From NCBI RefSeq assembly GCF_000150275.1, contig NW_002060947.1:7549880-7613879 (forward strand): a DNA stretch of 64,000 nucleotides, read 5' to 3'. Each line of letters starts with the position of its first letter. Position 1 is the first letter of the stretch. The stretch is from Trichoplax adhaerens. Its lineage: Eukaryota; Animalia; Placozoa. Of the stretch, positions 40,901 through 53,300 are shown in pieces. The notes under the pieces were generated by a model. It was not told where the DNA came from and did not search any database. It was given only the letters and a program-made list of their open reading frames with translations. The position numbers and the translations under genes are program-made.

Positions 40901-42976
40901 GTGTTTAAGTCAGGACTCTCATGTTTATGCCAAAATAAGCAAATTTATATTTAGAAATTTTGATTTTGCTTTGATACCACAAAACTTAAATCCGAGATTA
41001 TTTAGTATATTATGGCTAACCGGAAATCTTCCTTTAATACAATTCTTCAATAACTCCATTTTTTCCAACGCCTCCTCGGATGATTCTGAAAATGTTTCCT
41101 TGAAGTTACTAGGTAATGATTTTATAAACACTGGATCACGGATCAAAAAGAGTGCTGAAAATATTGAAAATGATGATTATAGCTAAGATTTGATGATACG
41201 TTGTGCTGATATACTTTATAAATAGACATTAGAAGATAGCTATACCGTTTGGATTGGCTTTACGAAATGCACCATGAATAATTTCCATTTCCGTTATTGA
41301 AGTACCAAACACCCATCCATACTCTTGAGCTAAATTTTGAGGTACATCGGATTGTCCTGGAATCCAACCTGACCGATGACTAGAAGAACATAAATAGAAT
41401 ATTATTCTTTTTGAAAGCATAGCATGAGGAATAGGGTTTAAGGTAAGAGTACAGGCAAATCGCGGAGCAAAGGAAAGACATGATCGCATAATATACTTGA
41501 GCGAATAGTTATACAGTACAGTCTATACATGGGTCTGCACCTAGATAAATTCAAGAAAAAAGGCCACTGGTTGTCTTCATAACATCGATCAATTTCTCCA
41601 AGACATATCCTAAGCGTTTCTTCTGAAGTTGCTTCTTTTGGCACACCCTAGACAAACATCAAGCTCTCAACGTCAGAATTTCAGATGCTCATTGAAAACT
41701 TAATTTGGCAAGATATATATTGATCAAGTTCAAATTTCATTCTAGTTTTATGCATTAAATGATTTTACTATAAAAGGTAAAATAATGTCTTGTAAAGTAA
41801 ATTTTAGACTTTATAAATCTGAGATTAATATTATTGTGCTAAAATCAAATTATAACGAATTAATATTTCATTTTAAAGGTGAAATTTTGCCATGCATCAT
41901 GCTAAAATCAAGTCTCAATGAATTAATAACTTATTTTAAAAGGTGACATAATGTCATTATAGTATATTTTAGACTTACATAAGATTAATATCATCATGCT
42001 AAAATCAAACTTTAATGAATGAATGATTTATGTTAAAAGGGGAATAATTTCTTGTATCGTAAGTATTAGACTTTAATGAAGATTAATTTATCATGCTAAA
42101 ACTGATTAAATAATTCAGTACCGTTGAAGTTAACTAGCACTTTAGATCTATTGCAAAATTCTTCTAGCAAGTATTACGTCTTACCCAACGTAAATCACAT
42201 TCAATTAAATGCAGTTTTAATTTTTCACACCATAATCTCAGTTCCGGAAATACCTACGATAATCCAATACTTTAAGTTACTTAAAACTTTGTTAGTCAAT
42301 TCCATTCTTCCAATATGCTTCAATGTATCACAAAAGTTTTTTATATTGGAAATACTTATAGGATTTAATAAAATATGAATTGTAAATTTTTATCAACTTT
42401 AATGATTATGGTTACAAAAGCTAACTGTTTAGAAAATAATAAATTGTTGTACTGCACCTGCTTGACTAAGACTTCACGTTCGGCATGGAAATCTTTAAAT
42501 GTCGAGGATACAAATAAACGAATAGTTTTCCATCCTCGCCTTTTAACAACTGGTTTAATATCATTTAGATACTTGATCGATGTTGCTCGAACAGCATTCC
42601 AACATTCTATTGGAGTCGATGGTTGCAACTCACAGACTTCTTGTAATGATAACTCAGGTTCAGGTGGTAATTCTGACCATAAAATTGTAAAAGTTTCAAT
42701 AGTTCCAGATATTTTGGACACATGCGTTACTTTGCGCGGATTTGCAGCTATAGTACGCTTATTTATATCAGTACTGCCGCTGGAATTATCAACACTGCTA
42801 GATGTATCATTATTAGATGCTTGATTGGAATTTGTTACTACTTGCTCTAATCTATTCGTTGAGCTCTTACGGGTTGAAGCTTGAGCTCTTTGATTCTTGG
42901 TGATAGTTGAAGGATTAGTCGTAGGTCGACTAATTCCATTAACGACTTGTAATGGCTTTCCTGAAGCACAACCCAT
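31998..42976 (-). CDS. Copy C: DUF4062-NACHT-TPR paralog, 24 exons, about 1169 aa
   Basis: Exons: 42976-42458, 42253-42185, 41647-41541, 41379-41246, 41154-41021, 40727-40623, 38577-38485, 38161-38105, 37778-37642, 37529-37421, 37291-37187, 37024-36851, 36755-36568, 36456-36131, 35978-35804, 35479-35371, 35155-35027, 34941-34826, 34713-34581, 34165-34049, 33967-33821, 33402-33319, 32322-32167, 32084-31998. It starts MGCASGK, and Walker A and Walker B match the other copies. Confidence 0.92.
32589..33174 (-). mobile_element. Solo LTR (586 bp) in intron 22 of copy C
   Basis: Termini are TGTCAC...GCGACA (TG...CA with a short inverted repeat), flanked by a perfect 5-bp direct repeat CATGG (32584-32588 and 33175-33179). 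On the minus strand a TATATA near 32975 is followed by AATAAA near 32795. This intron is about 1 kb, versus about 0.2-0.5 kb in the paralogs. Confidence 0.8.
41770..42110. repeat. Degenerate AT-rich tandem repeat in intron 2 of copy C
   Basis: The blocks (ca)tgctaaaatcaa, ttagactt..agattaat and taaaagg recur near 41837, 41897, 41995 and 42092. Confidence 0.6.
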
Positions 42977-43853
42977 AGTGATAGTTTAAACCGTTGAGTT
43001 TTCGATAATTTTTCTAGCGGATAATTCTCGAGTATAAATCTTTTACAAGTATAACGAGCAGCAAAAATCTATCAATCGGACGAATAAAAATAGATAAATT
43101 ACGGTGTTTTAATAGCCACCTTCCTGTTGGGCTTCCGCTAGCTAAGAAAGAAATCAAGAATAAAGCAATTAGCTAGCAGCATATTTGCGATCGAAACGAT
43201 CTAAAATCTCTATATAACATACTATAAAAATGGCTATTGATACTTGACGTAAAAACAATCATATCAGTAAATAAATTTTGATGAATTACTTCATAAGTGA
43301 TGTATGGAGTTAAAAGTATTGCAAAATTTTAATTACCTATGATCAATATTAGAAAATTAAAGAAATTAGTTAAAAAGTACTATTAGAATTGCTTAATCCA
43401 ATTAAGTCAAGGCACATAATCTCCAATCGTATTGTAAATGCAGGCTACTATAGATGAAGAATAATACGGCATTAGCCTATTAAGAAATAAAATAAAACAC
43501 GATATAATACGAGATGATGCTACAGCTTAAAACGAAATCAACGTAAGCCAAGCTTATATATGGACTGTTAAAAAATGCCTATATTTTTTAGTGGTCCATG
43601 GTTTGTACCACGTCACTTATAGCAAAGAAAAGATTACTTTCGATGTATCATAGAGAGTATCTTGCTCGACTAGACTGAATCAGTTATGATGGCTAATTTC
43701 GATCATGAGTACTTGACTAAAAATTAGAATAATTCTTCGTTTCAGTTATTGCAATGGTTTAATTAAAAAATGACCAATTCTTATTGGAATTGGCTAACTC
43801 AGCAATTTATACTCGTAGTTCTTTTAAATGCTTGATTTCAATGGAAAGAAATG

Positions 43854-44055
43854 ATACTTATGAACAGGATTAAAAATTAAAACTGATACTTCCTATGGCA
43901 AAACGATAATAAAATAAAATTAACTTAGTATTATCCTAGGGGCGATAGTTTGATCTGAATCGAAAGAAGTAGTACTTATGAACAAGATTAAAAGTAAGAA
44001 AGTGCTTATTTCTGTGGCGAAACGATAATAAAATAGAATTAACGTAGCATTATTA
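43854..44055. repeat. Two-copy tandem duplication, period about 118 bp
   Basis: tacttatgaaca(g/a)gattaaaa...ggc(a/g)aaacgataataaaata(a/g)aattaac occurs near 43855 and 43973. Confidence 0.75.
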
Positions 44056-45527
44056 ACCTTAAGATGATAAATTCTTATTCAGTAATAAATACTGTCCTGC
44101 TGACATTGTTCAAGTAACCAAAGGTGGACACTACTTCTATAACATTGATGAATTGCCCGAGTTTAAAGGACTTGACGCAATGATTAAAAGATGCAGTGAT
44201 TAAAGATTTCTTTATAAATGGCGGCAATTGTCAGGTAAATATTTGAATATCGATTCGTATAGTTTGCTGTGGTTAAGCAAACATTACGTAAAATGGACAG
44301 GAAACCCATAAAGTAATGCGAAAACTACATTTAATATTAGGCAATTTTGACATGACAACTTGTTACTTTGTACAATGGCATAAAAGATGTCAAAGAAGCA
44401 TTGTATTGTTTTATACTAAAGGGTTTGTATATCAACTACCCTCAGGGTAGAGTTTTCACTAACTAGAATTTTTAAGATGCACGATGGCTTTTCATAAATA
44501 GTCCCTATGAATTTTCCATACCATTCTAATATTGATTACGATGTGATATAGACTTTAATAGTAGCATAAATAAAATCATGGATTATCACACTTGGGTATC
44601 CGACTTACAAACATAAAATGTAACTAAGAAAAATCGAAGAAAGATTGTGTAGATATTAATCCTGACTATCCTTCAAATGTTGATATATACGGAAAAAAGA
44701 AATACAAACTACTCCTAGTATAGTTTACAATCTCATGTTATGCTTCAACATATGATTTAGTTTAGTGCTATTTGAACATTATAGTAAAGATAAAGAAATT
44801 TAAATTTGCCTTTGCTCTTGTCAAAGATAGGAACAAATTTCTAATGAAAGAGCGAATTTTCGTTAATAGCTATCATATCGAGATTATATATATATATACA
44901 TGTATACGTATATAAATATTTGCGAACCTTATGGCTTACTTTATCATTAAAGTAAGCAAAGTTTTTTTGGTACCAGTCATTCGAATTCGTCCTTAATGGC
45001 AAATATTCAAGGATTGGACTTGTTTCCACCGCTAATTTAATGAGGTACGACTAAGCTATCGTTTTATTTTAATAACTAATTCGAATGAAAGTTTGTTTTA
45101 ATTTCTGGTCTTAATTTAGAATTAAATTAGGCCAGTCACCCTATATAGCCCTAGATTTTAATATATTCACAATCTTTAATCAGGAGTGATCCGCCTATGT
45201 TGCCATGGAGACCGATAGTCGTTATCAAGTAATTTATTTCATCAGCTTTAACTCGTAAAATTTCTGTATCCGTAGCCATTTTGATATAGATGCTCGTTAT
45301 CGTCGGATAGTACTGCGTTATGATTAGCGAGTCTTTGGCTTTTGAGAAATGCTGAAAACTCATTTACAAACTCGGAAGATCTTTATATTTTTATTATACC
45401 TTTACGATATTTTATGATCTTAATCTGATTTGATAGTGATATAAAAGAATCGTTGATGCGATCATACTGTTACTTTATTAAGCATAATGTTACTGTGAAA
45501 GTAATCAATTATTTAGTATGTAGTGCT

Positions 45528-45637
45528 GATATGAATGAATAAAATGATTACATTCCAGTATTGAGCTCCTTTAAAATATATTTGAAATATGAATGAATAA
45601 AATCATTGCGTTCCAGTATCTATCACTTTTAAAATAT
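45528..45637. repeat. Two-copy tandem duplication, period about 58 bp
   Basis: atatgaatgaataaaat(g/c)att(a/g)c(a/g)ttccagtat...tttaaaatat occurs twice. Confidence 0.7.
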
Positions 45638-47312
45638 CGTAATGCTTTTTAAAAAAAAAACTTAATGCATAATTACAATTTCCAACTGCTTCGCTTGAAT
45701 TCCTAGATTATATTTGCTGGAAATAGATATAGAATTACTGAAAGATAATAATGTATGGTATCAAGATTATATATATATAAGTTTACTCTATGGGGCTTTA
45801 CAAGATTATTCAATATTTTAATAATTGTAGGTGTAATGTATTTAGATCGCTCTGTAAGCTCTTGAGTCAAATATTGCTTGTTATGTTTAGTTATTTATAC
45901 CATATATAGTCTACGCTAATTTCTACAATCGTTTGCTATTTCATAGTTTGATGTGGCATATCTCGTATCTAAATCTGCAATCCTGTTCTCTACGTACCGT
46001 ATGTTCTATCTCAAAAACTATAAATACTGATTTCTATCTCTGATTTGTTAGTTGAGTTTGTTAATGTTAGTACGGTATCTATACACGTTACTTCGCGACA
46101 GCTTACATGCTGATCTACTAGTAACTGCCGCACTGTACACGGTTTTATTCACAATAAAATATTCTTTTTTTAATATATCTCCTAATATAGCTTTGCGAAT
46201 GGCTACTTAGTCCGCATCCGTTAGCTCTTCGAGCCCTCCATGGCAAGAAGTATTAATAATAATACTTATTGAATTTAGTGGTTATAATGATGTTGAATAT
46301 AGCGTTAGTGAAGTGATTAAAGTCTTAGTTAATTTTCGCAAAAAGACTCATATAGTAATGCTCCATCTAATCTACTTAAAAACAAGATGCGATGCGTAAT
46401 TTGTGTCAGTACCATAGTATCGAGTTCTGCATTTTCAGTAGTTTCTTGCCTAATCAAACAGTCATTGTAATACAAAACTATCGGTACATTTACTAAATCC
46501 AACTCTGCGTCTTATCATCACTAATCTTTAATTGTATTTTACGGCTTAAACTTTTAGTAAAGAATTTTTTTAACAAGGTTATTGTTATATTATAAAATTA
46601 TAAATAACATTTAGGATTGTATGTACTATAGCATGGGGTAACTGAAAAAGCATAAATCATAAATGTACTTATCCTAATATCCAACCTATTTCATATTATA
46701 AGATCGAATTAACTCATGTTCGTACTGCATAATGTTGTCCTAGTCTTCGTTAGATGAAGATTTTTATTTCAATACATGAAATATTGCATTATGTATCTCG
46801 TCTTTTGAACGTACCATTCATCGGAATGATAATGGTAGTTTTCTTTATAATATCCATACTGTTGGCAAAATAGGAAATATGAGAAGCTCCAGATGCTAGA
46901 GTATAGCTTTAAAGTAAACAATCTACTGTAAGAATACTAGTTTCTAATTAGATACAAGTGTACAGATTCCTAAATTATGTAATCAGTATCGCAAAAAATA
47001 TTCATCATATTGTGCTACATCAATTACTTGTAAAGTATGTTAACAAAATTAGTCAACTATCCACAATATATAATTAGAACACTCGCATAACTGCAAATGC
47101 AGTTGATGTTCTTGGTTAGTGCTAATTCTATATTGACACTTGTAATATACTGTGGTTAGTTAGATCTTACATAACCTAAATTAAATAGGTACAGTACTGC
47201 TTAAATAATATAAATGGTAGTTTAACAATTCGTATAATGTCAAATTTGGCACATTTCTGTCTTGATTAAAAGCAAATAATAGATATTAGTGTTACTATGA
47301 CGTTAATGTTGC

Positions 47313-50300
47313 TCAAGGATTCTCAGCCATTGCGAGAAATTCTGGTTCGTCAAGGACAGATTTGACTCGCAATGTCGACGGATGGGTAGGTCCCAATATC
47401 TATAATATTAATTAAATGAATAATATTCATGATACAGCTGATAAATATACTGAAAATAGTAATATTTTAAGTTACATATCCTTATTTTACCTCGCAAGAA
47501 ATATCGTATGCTCTTTTGTAATATGTATAGGATTTTCCTTTATCAGTATATTCAATAATAATGGCTGTGTTAAAAACTATTCGCGTTGTTAGTTTGTGAA
47601 ACTCGCCATATGCCAGGATACACAATTCAAGTGCTTTCTCATAATTCTAGTCAAGAAAGAAATTTATTATTGATTTAAATTATCATCACTGGCATCTTTT
47701 CTTTAAAAAGTAGAAGAAGCTTTCCTTACAGTAATAATTACTGTGTACACGTAATATATGAGGCCTTAATAGCCGCTGTAAACATTATTAAGCTTAATGC
47801 AAGATACCCTCTATCGTTCTAATCACGTTTAATAAACATATTCTCTTCTATTAATAAATTTAGATGGGATAATAGCTGGATGAAATTTACATAAAAGCTG
47901 CGTATTTTATAGAAAGTATTCTTATTCAGTACAAGCGAATAACATATTAGAATATAATATTTATATGCGACTAGATTATATGAAATTTTGTTTAACAAAA
48001 CATTTCTTAAATGCTCTAGCCGACTTTATCGCCTTCGCTGTGATTTCCTATTATTTGATTTACTATATTAAGCGGCCGTATTTCAATATGTATGTGGTTA
48101 CACGAGTTTAATTTCATCTAGCATAAAGATCAAAAATTATTGTCTCTACCTTCATTTGAGCGTCTGATCCCTCATCAAGAGTATACATCCCTACATTCAA
48201 TTTTGCTTCTGCTAAATGTCCGATATCGCCGAGCTAAATTAGATGAAGTAAATATCGTCACTTCATTTCTGCTTAATAATAATCTGCACTTGATCTATGC
48301 AATATAACAACAGATTATTAGTAAATTTAATTCATTTAGGCCATAAAATAGTCACCTCTTGAAATATTTGTAAAGCATTATTTGCGTGAGTTCCACTAGC
48401 ATTTTTAGCTTTCCTCAAAGTCAAATCCTTGTAGCGTATTCCTGTTTTATAGACAGCTCCATAATGCCAAGATACTCGAAGTTCTACCAAACCTAAGTGG
48501 TACTGCAACATAATTAGCCGACTTACGTATAGTAATTAACCAATATCATCTATTTTAATCCTAAATCAAAATTTTTAAATTCTTATCAATTTTATAACAC
48601 CTTATTTTCATCTCCCTGTAAATTTTTACGTAACGAAATGGCCTTCAATCCAATCTGCACTATATCATAGTGTTTGCCTGCGTCACTTGCTCTAATAAAT
48701 TCTGCTAATTTGCTGACCTAAATACAGCATCAATCGTCAATTATAGAAATAACATGATCTAGAGTTTAATATGCTTATAATCAGTATAAATTTAACAATA
48801 AAAAAACTGTAATTTATAGAAATTAGATGTCGGTAATTATTCCAGAACAAAGATTACTATAAATTATGGAAATTAGATGATCAAGAATCGGATAGGCTAA
48901 AGATATGAACCACTAGAAATTTCTTAAAATTTCTAGTGGTCCGTGCTAAAATCATAATTTGCTTTGATCAAATAACAAAAATAACCATAGTTTTTTTAGT
49001 ATGTTAAAGTTAATATTTATTAATATTTTCTTTAAGTTTGCATTAATTCAAAAAATTAAATTAAATAGAATAGATTAAAGATCACAGTAGGAATTTATGA
49101 TATGTGTTGTATCTGAATCAAGTTGTTCTCAAATCATACCTGCAATAGTTTTATTTATTGACTTATTTTGATTGATTAGAAACTTATATATCATCCCATG
49201 AATGGATTAGATAGTTTATTATATCAAGTTAACTTACTTCAGCTTTAATATCAGTCAGCAATTCATACAGATTAGCTAGTTTTTCTGTTCGTGCTCCTAA
49301 CCGCTTCGTTTCTATGTCAATTGCTTCGTTCGATAACTTTTCCGCGATATCATATTGTCCTGCACAGCAGCTGCAATAATTTTATCAAAAATTATCGTAA
49401 AAAATTATAGATCGAAAGTGCTACATCAATTCAGTTCTTCATATTCTATTTATAATACGCGACTAACAGAAAGCGGGCCACTTTCCATTTTTTATCAGCT
49501 AATTCTCCCATGTTAGCATTCGATGAGGACATGAACTCTAAAGCTTGAGTATACAGTGTAGCTGCAGTAGCATATCCGCCAGCCTAAATTGAATTTAAAT
49601 CTGTCAGATTTCATGCAAGTTTAATACTTAAGTGTTACAATAAATAGACTTTAGTGGATTAACCTTGCGCCAAGAACGTAACAGTTCGATATTAAATTCA
49701 TCAGCAGCTAATTTTTCAAAGACTGGCCATTCTAGTAAACATCGAGCCAATCTGCTATGATCCAGCAATTTTTCTAGATGATAGGGCAACTCCTAGCGAT
49801 GACACATGTACCGTATATGAAGAGTTAGATAGTTATAATTCATATCAAAATAACGGAAATAATGATGGTAATGTTGAAAGCATGTAAACGACTTCTATGA
49901 TGTAATAACTAGTTCAAATGTTGATATATCAAAGTCCACCCAAAAGCTAATTGTAAGTGATATAAAACTATTGAGAATAAGTTCAATCAGTTAATCTAAC
50001 TACCTTAATCCAAGAAAATTACCTCTGCCTTACGATCATAGTGTTCTACTTGTTCGAAATAGCCGGCAAGTTTGCCATGCCACCAGGTATATAAAAACTT
50101 TCTATAATCCTCAGAACTGACTTTAAAGTATCTAACATTGAAAATATGAAAGAGTGCCTGGTAAGCTATAGAAATAATTAATTTTCTAAATTTAGAAATA
50201 AAGGTGTAAACTATCATAGAATTTGTATTGGCAAAACTAGAAGTAGATTGTGTTCTGCAGTACTTGCTAAAGTAATCATAACTATTATGAGGCTTTTTAC

Positions 50301-53300
50301 TGCTTTGCCTACAGTTTCACGATAGAATCTAGTCTTACAGGTAGAAATATTGCCATCCAATGGAACACTTTCCAAGTCAGAAATAGCAGACTGACTTGTT
50401 TTAATTTGTGAACTAATGATGCTAATAACTGAGATAGATTCTTTTCTATTCTTCAAATCGATTAGAATATGTAGCATTGCTGCACTAATTTGAGCTAAAA
50501 GCTTACTTTTTTCGAACGGCTTTGCTCATGGCGCGGTGATAGAAATCGAGTCTTCCTTCGCCACTATCGCCGCATGGTCGTAGAAATGGCTTTAGTGCTC
50601 GAAATACGACAGCCCATTTAGCAGCAGGCAATGGTTGTCTCTTAGAAGGAATCGATTGCGATTCCTCGACATAATCGCCTATAAAACATTGTAAATCATT
50701 TAGTGATTCATATCTAGTCACGTAAGCAACATACCTGGGCAGCTAATCAACCTAAGGTAGAAAAGAACTTCTAATCCAAAAGTCAATGCAGAAATACTCA
50801 CTAGAAGAATTTTTCTTTTCGCTAAAATCGGTTTTACGATATGTTTCTTCTACCGTGACATGGAGTTGCTTTGATAAATCCTTTGCTAAGGTCTCATCTA
50901 CATCTTTTTCTTCTATGTGCTTTTCTGGAGATATTTTTGTTACGGTAGGCAATCCTCCACTAAGATATTGCTCCGACGATGGTGGTTCCAGTGCTTCATC
51001 TTCTCCAAGTAATTCTAGCAATTCTCGCTCTAATAATCCATGGCGAGAACATTCCAACAAGCAAAGTGTTGCTACCATTAAATGTCCACCACTCTCAGCT
51101 TCAAAGCGTGTAAGGACTTGTTCTAATAATCTAAAAATAATACTAAATGAGATCATACTCTATCCTCATTCGGATCAACAAAGTTTATAGGATGTGACTT
51201 TTCAATCATGGTTAAATACTGTCATTAGACTTACTCCAACAAACCATCGGCTAATCCTTTAATCATTTCCGTAACTTTACTAAATAAACCAAAAACTCGC
51301 AGTTCTTCACAAGCAATCGATAACCAAAGTGGATTAGCCGATGCTTCCTTAGATAGTAAAAGCTCCATTTGCTTACTATCCAATCTTTTATTAAATTTGG
51401 TCAAAATTTGATCGGCAATTTCCTAAAATTTTAAATATTATTCTATTTAACCACTACCTAATACCTATAGATATAAAATAACTGATCCGATATTCTGTAT
51501 CCTATTTCAATCCAAGGCGTTAGCTTTTCGCTATTTAATTCTAATCTACTTAATCGCTGTCTCTAAATGTAAAATAAATAGCAAACATTCCGCATCCTAT
51601 TCCAATAGAAGAATTTAAATTTCTGTAGTTTAAATCTAACCTAGCTAATCACTACCTCTAGACGTAAAATAAGTGAGCAGACATCCTGCGTTTTACTCCA
51701 ATTCAAGAACTTAACTTTCTGCTATTTGAATCTAATATAGTTAGTAACTGAGCCGATAGATTCTGCATCCTACTCCAATCTAAGGACTTAACTTTGCGCG
51801 AATTAAAAGTAATTTAATTAATCGCTACCTCTTGACGCAAAATAATAAAACAGATATTCCACACGACCGCACACACTCTATTCCGTACCCTATTCCAACT
51901 CAAGGACTTAACTCTTCGCGATTTAAATCTAATCTAGTTAATCGCTGCCTCCAGATATAAAATAACTGAGCCCACATTCCGCATTCTATCCCTATCCAGC
52001 GACTTGACTTTCTGCTATTTAATCTCTTAAACTATAAGGTAGATTCTAGGGACTGTGCTTATGCTTTAATACTGTAGAAATTTTCGAAATGAAGATAAAC
52101 CGTTTGAATTTTATCAGTCATCGTAACTTAGCATCTTGCCAACGCTGCGTCTAGATGTACAATAGCTGAGCTGATATTCTATATCCTATCCCAAGGACTT
52201 ATCTTTCCGCTATTTAAATCTAATTTAATTAGTCGCTATCGCTATATGTAAAATAATAGAGCTGATATTCTGTATCCTATCCCAAGGACTTATCTTTCCG
52301 CTATTTATATCTAATTTAATTAATCATTACCTTTAGACGTGCAATAACTCAACAGGTATTCTGTATCCTATTCCACGGACTTACCTGTTCGCTATTTAAA
52401 TCTGATCTAATTCATCATTACCTCCAGATGTAAAATAACTCCGCAGTAATTCATGTATCCTACTTCAAGGACTTACCTTTCTGCTATTTAAATCTAATGG
52501 ACCACAAAAAACTTCCTTAGGAGGCTCGATCCGTTTGGCTAAGCTACGATGGCAAGGTGTATCGTTAATCACTGAACATATAATGCGAACCTTTTTCGAT
52601 AGTGTAAAGGGTAGCCAAGTAACTTGTTCAGCTTCTTTAGTTTTATCAAGCTAATAGGTCATTGAAACGGTGAATTAGCCATGCTGAATGAATATTGATG
52701 TAATAAGGAGAGAGACAAAGAATCTTAAGGGTATCTGACAAGAACCTGATTTAAGGCGTCGAAAAATAAAATGGTAGGTGGTAGGTTAGGGTTATTCAAT
52801 GTAATATTGGATAATCGCACTAATGATTCAATATCGGCAGGTATTTCTCCCTACATCATTTAAAAAATATATGAATTAATCTTCAAGTAATTGTTCCATA
52901 TTGCAGGCTATGATGAATTTCTTTTCACTATATCTAATTATGTTATCGTATAACCATTCTAATCCCTATATAGTCTCCAGTACTTACAACATATTTCAAC
53001 TCCTTTAGCATCCGTTGTAACATAAAGCCAAGATCAGTTGATCCTGGTGCAGCTCCAATAAAATGGTAAAAGACATTCCAGCCCTTGTTACTGCCACTAA
53101 GAAATGAATTGATAACGATTATTAATACAGGAGATATTTTCATTTCTAAAGGTTTTATGTGATCATGGTGGAGATCTTTTCAAGAAAGATATTCTTAGTC
53201 CTAATTAGATGCTCACTTTGGTATGTCATGATTGCGGGCCTTATTGACTGTAGTGGCCGCACTTCGTGCTAAAACTGCACTTTTTCCAGCTCCTGCAACG

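Noticed and set aside
5738-51190. Plus-strand ORFs 5738-6109, 6271-6537, 15744-16007, 36043-36273, 40890-41186, 42375-42824 and 50786-51190, some similar to each other
   Set aside because: They are antisense shadows of conserved minus-strand exons, and their mutual similarity is explained by the paralogy.
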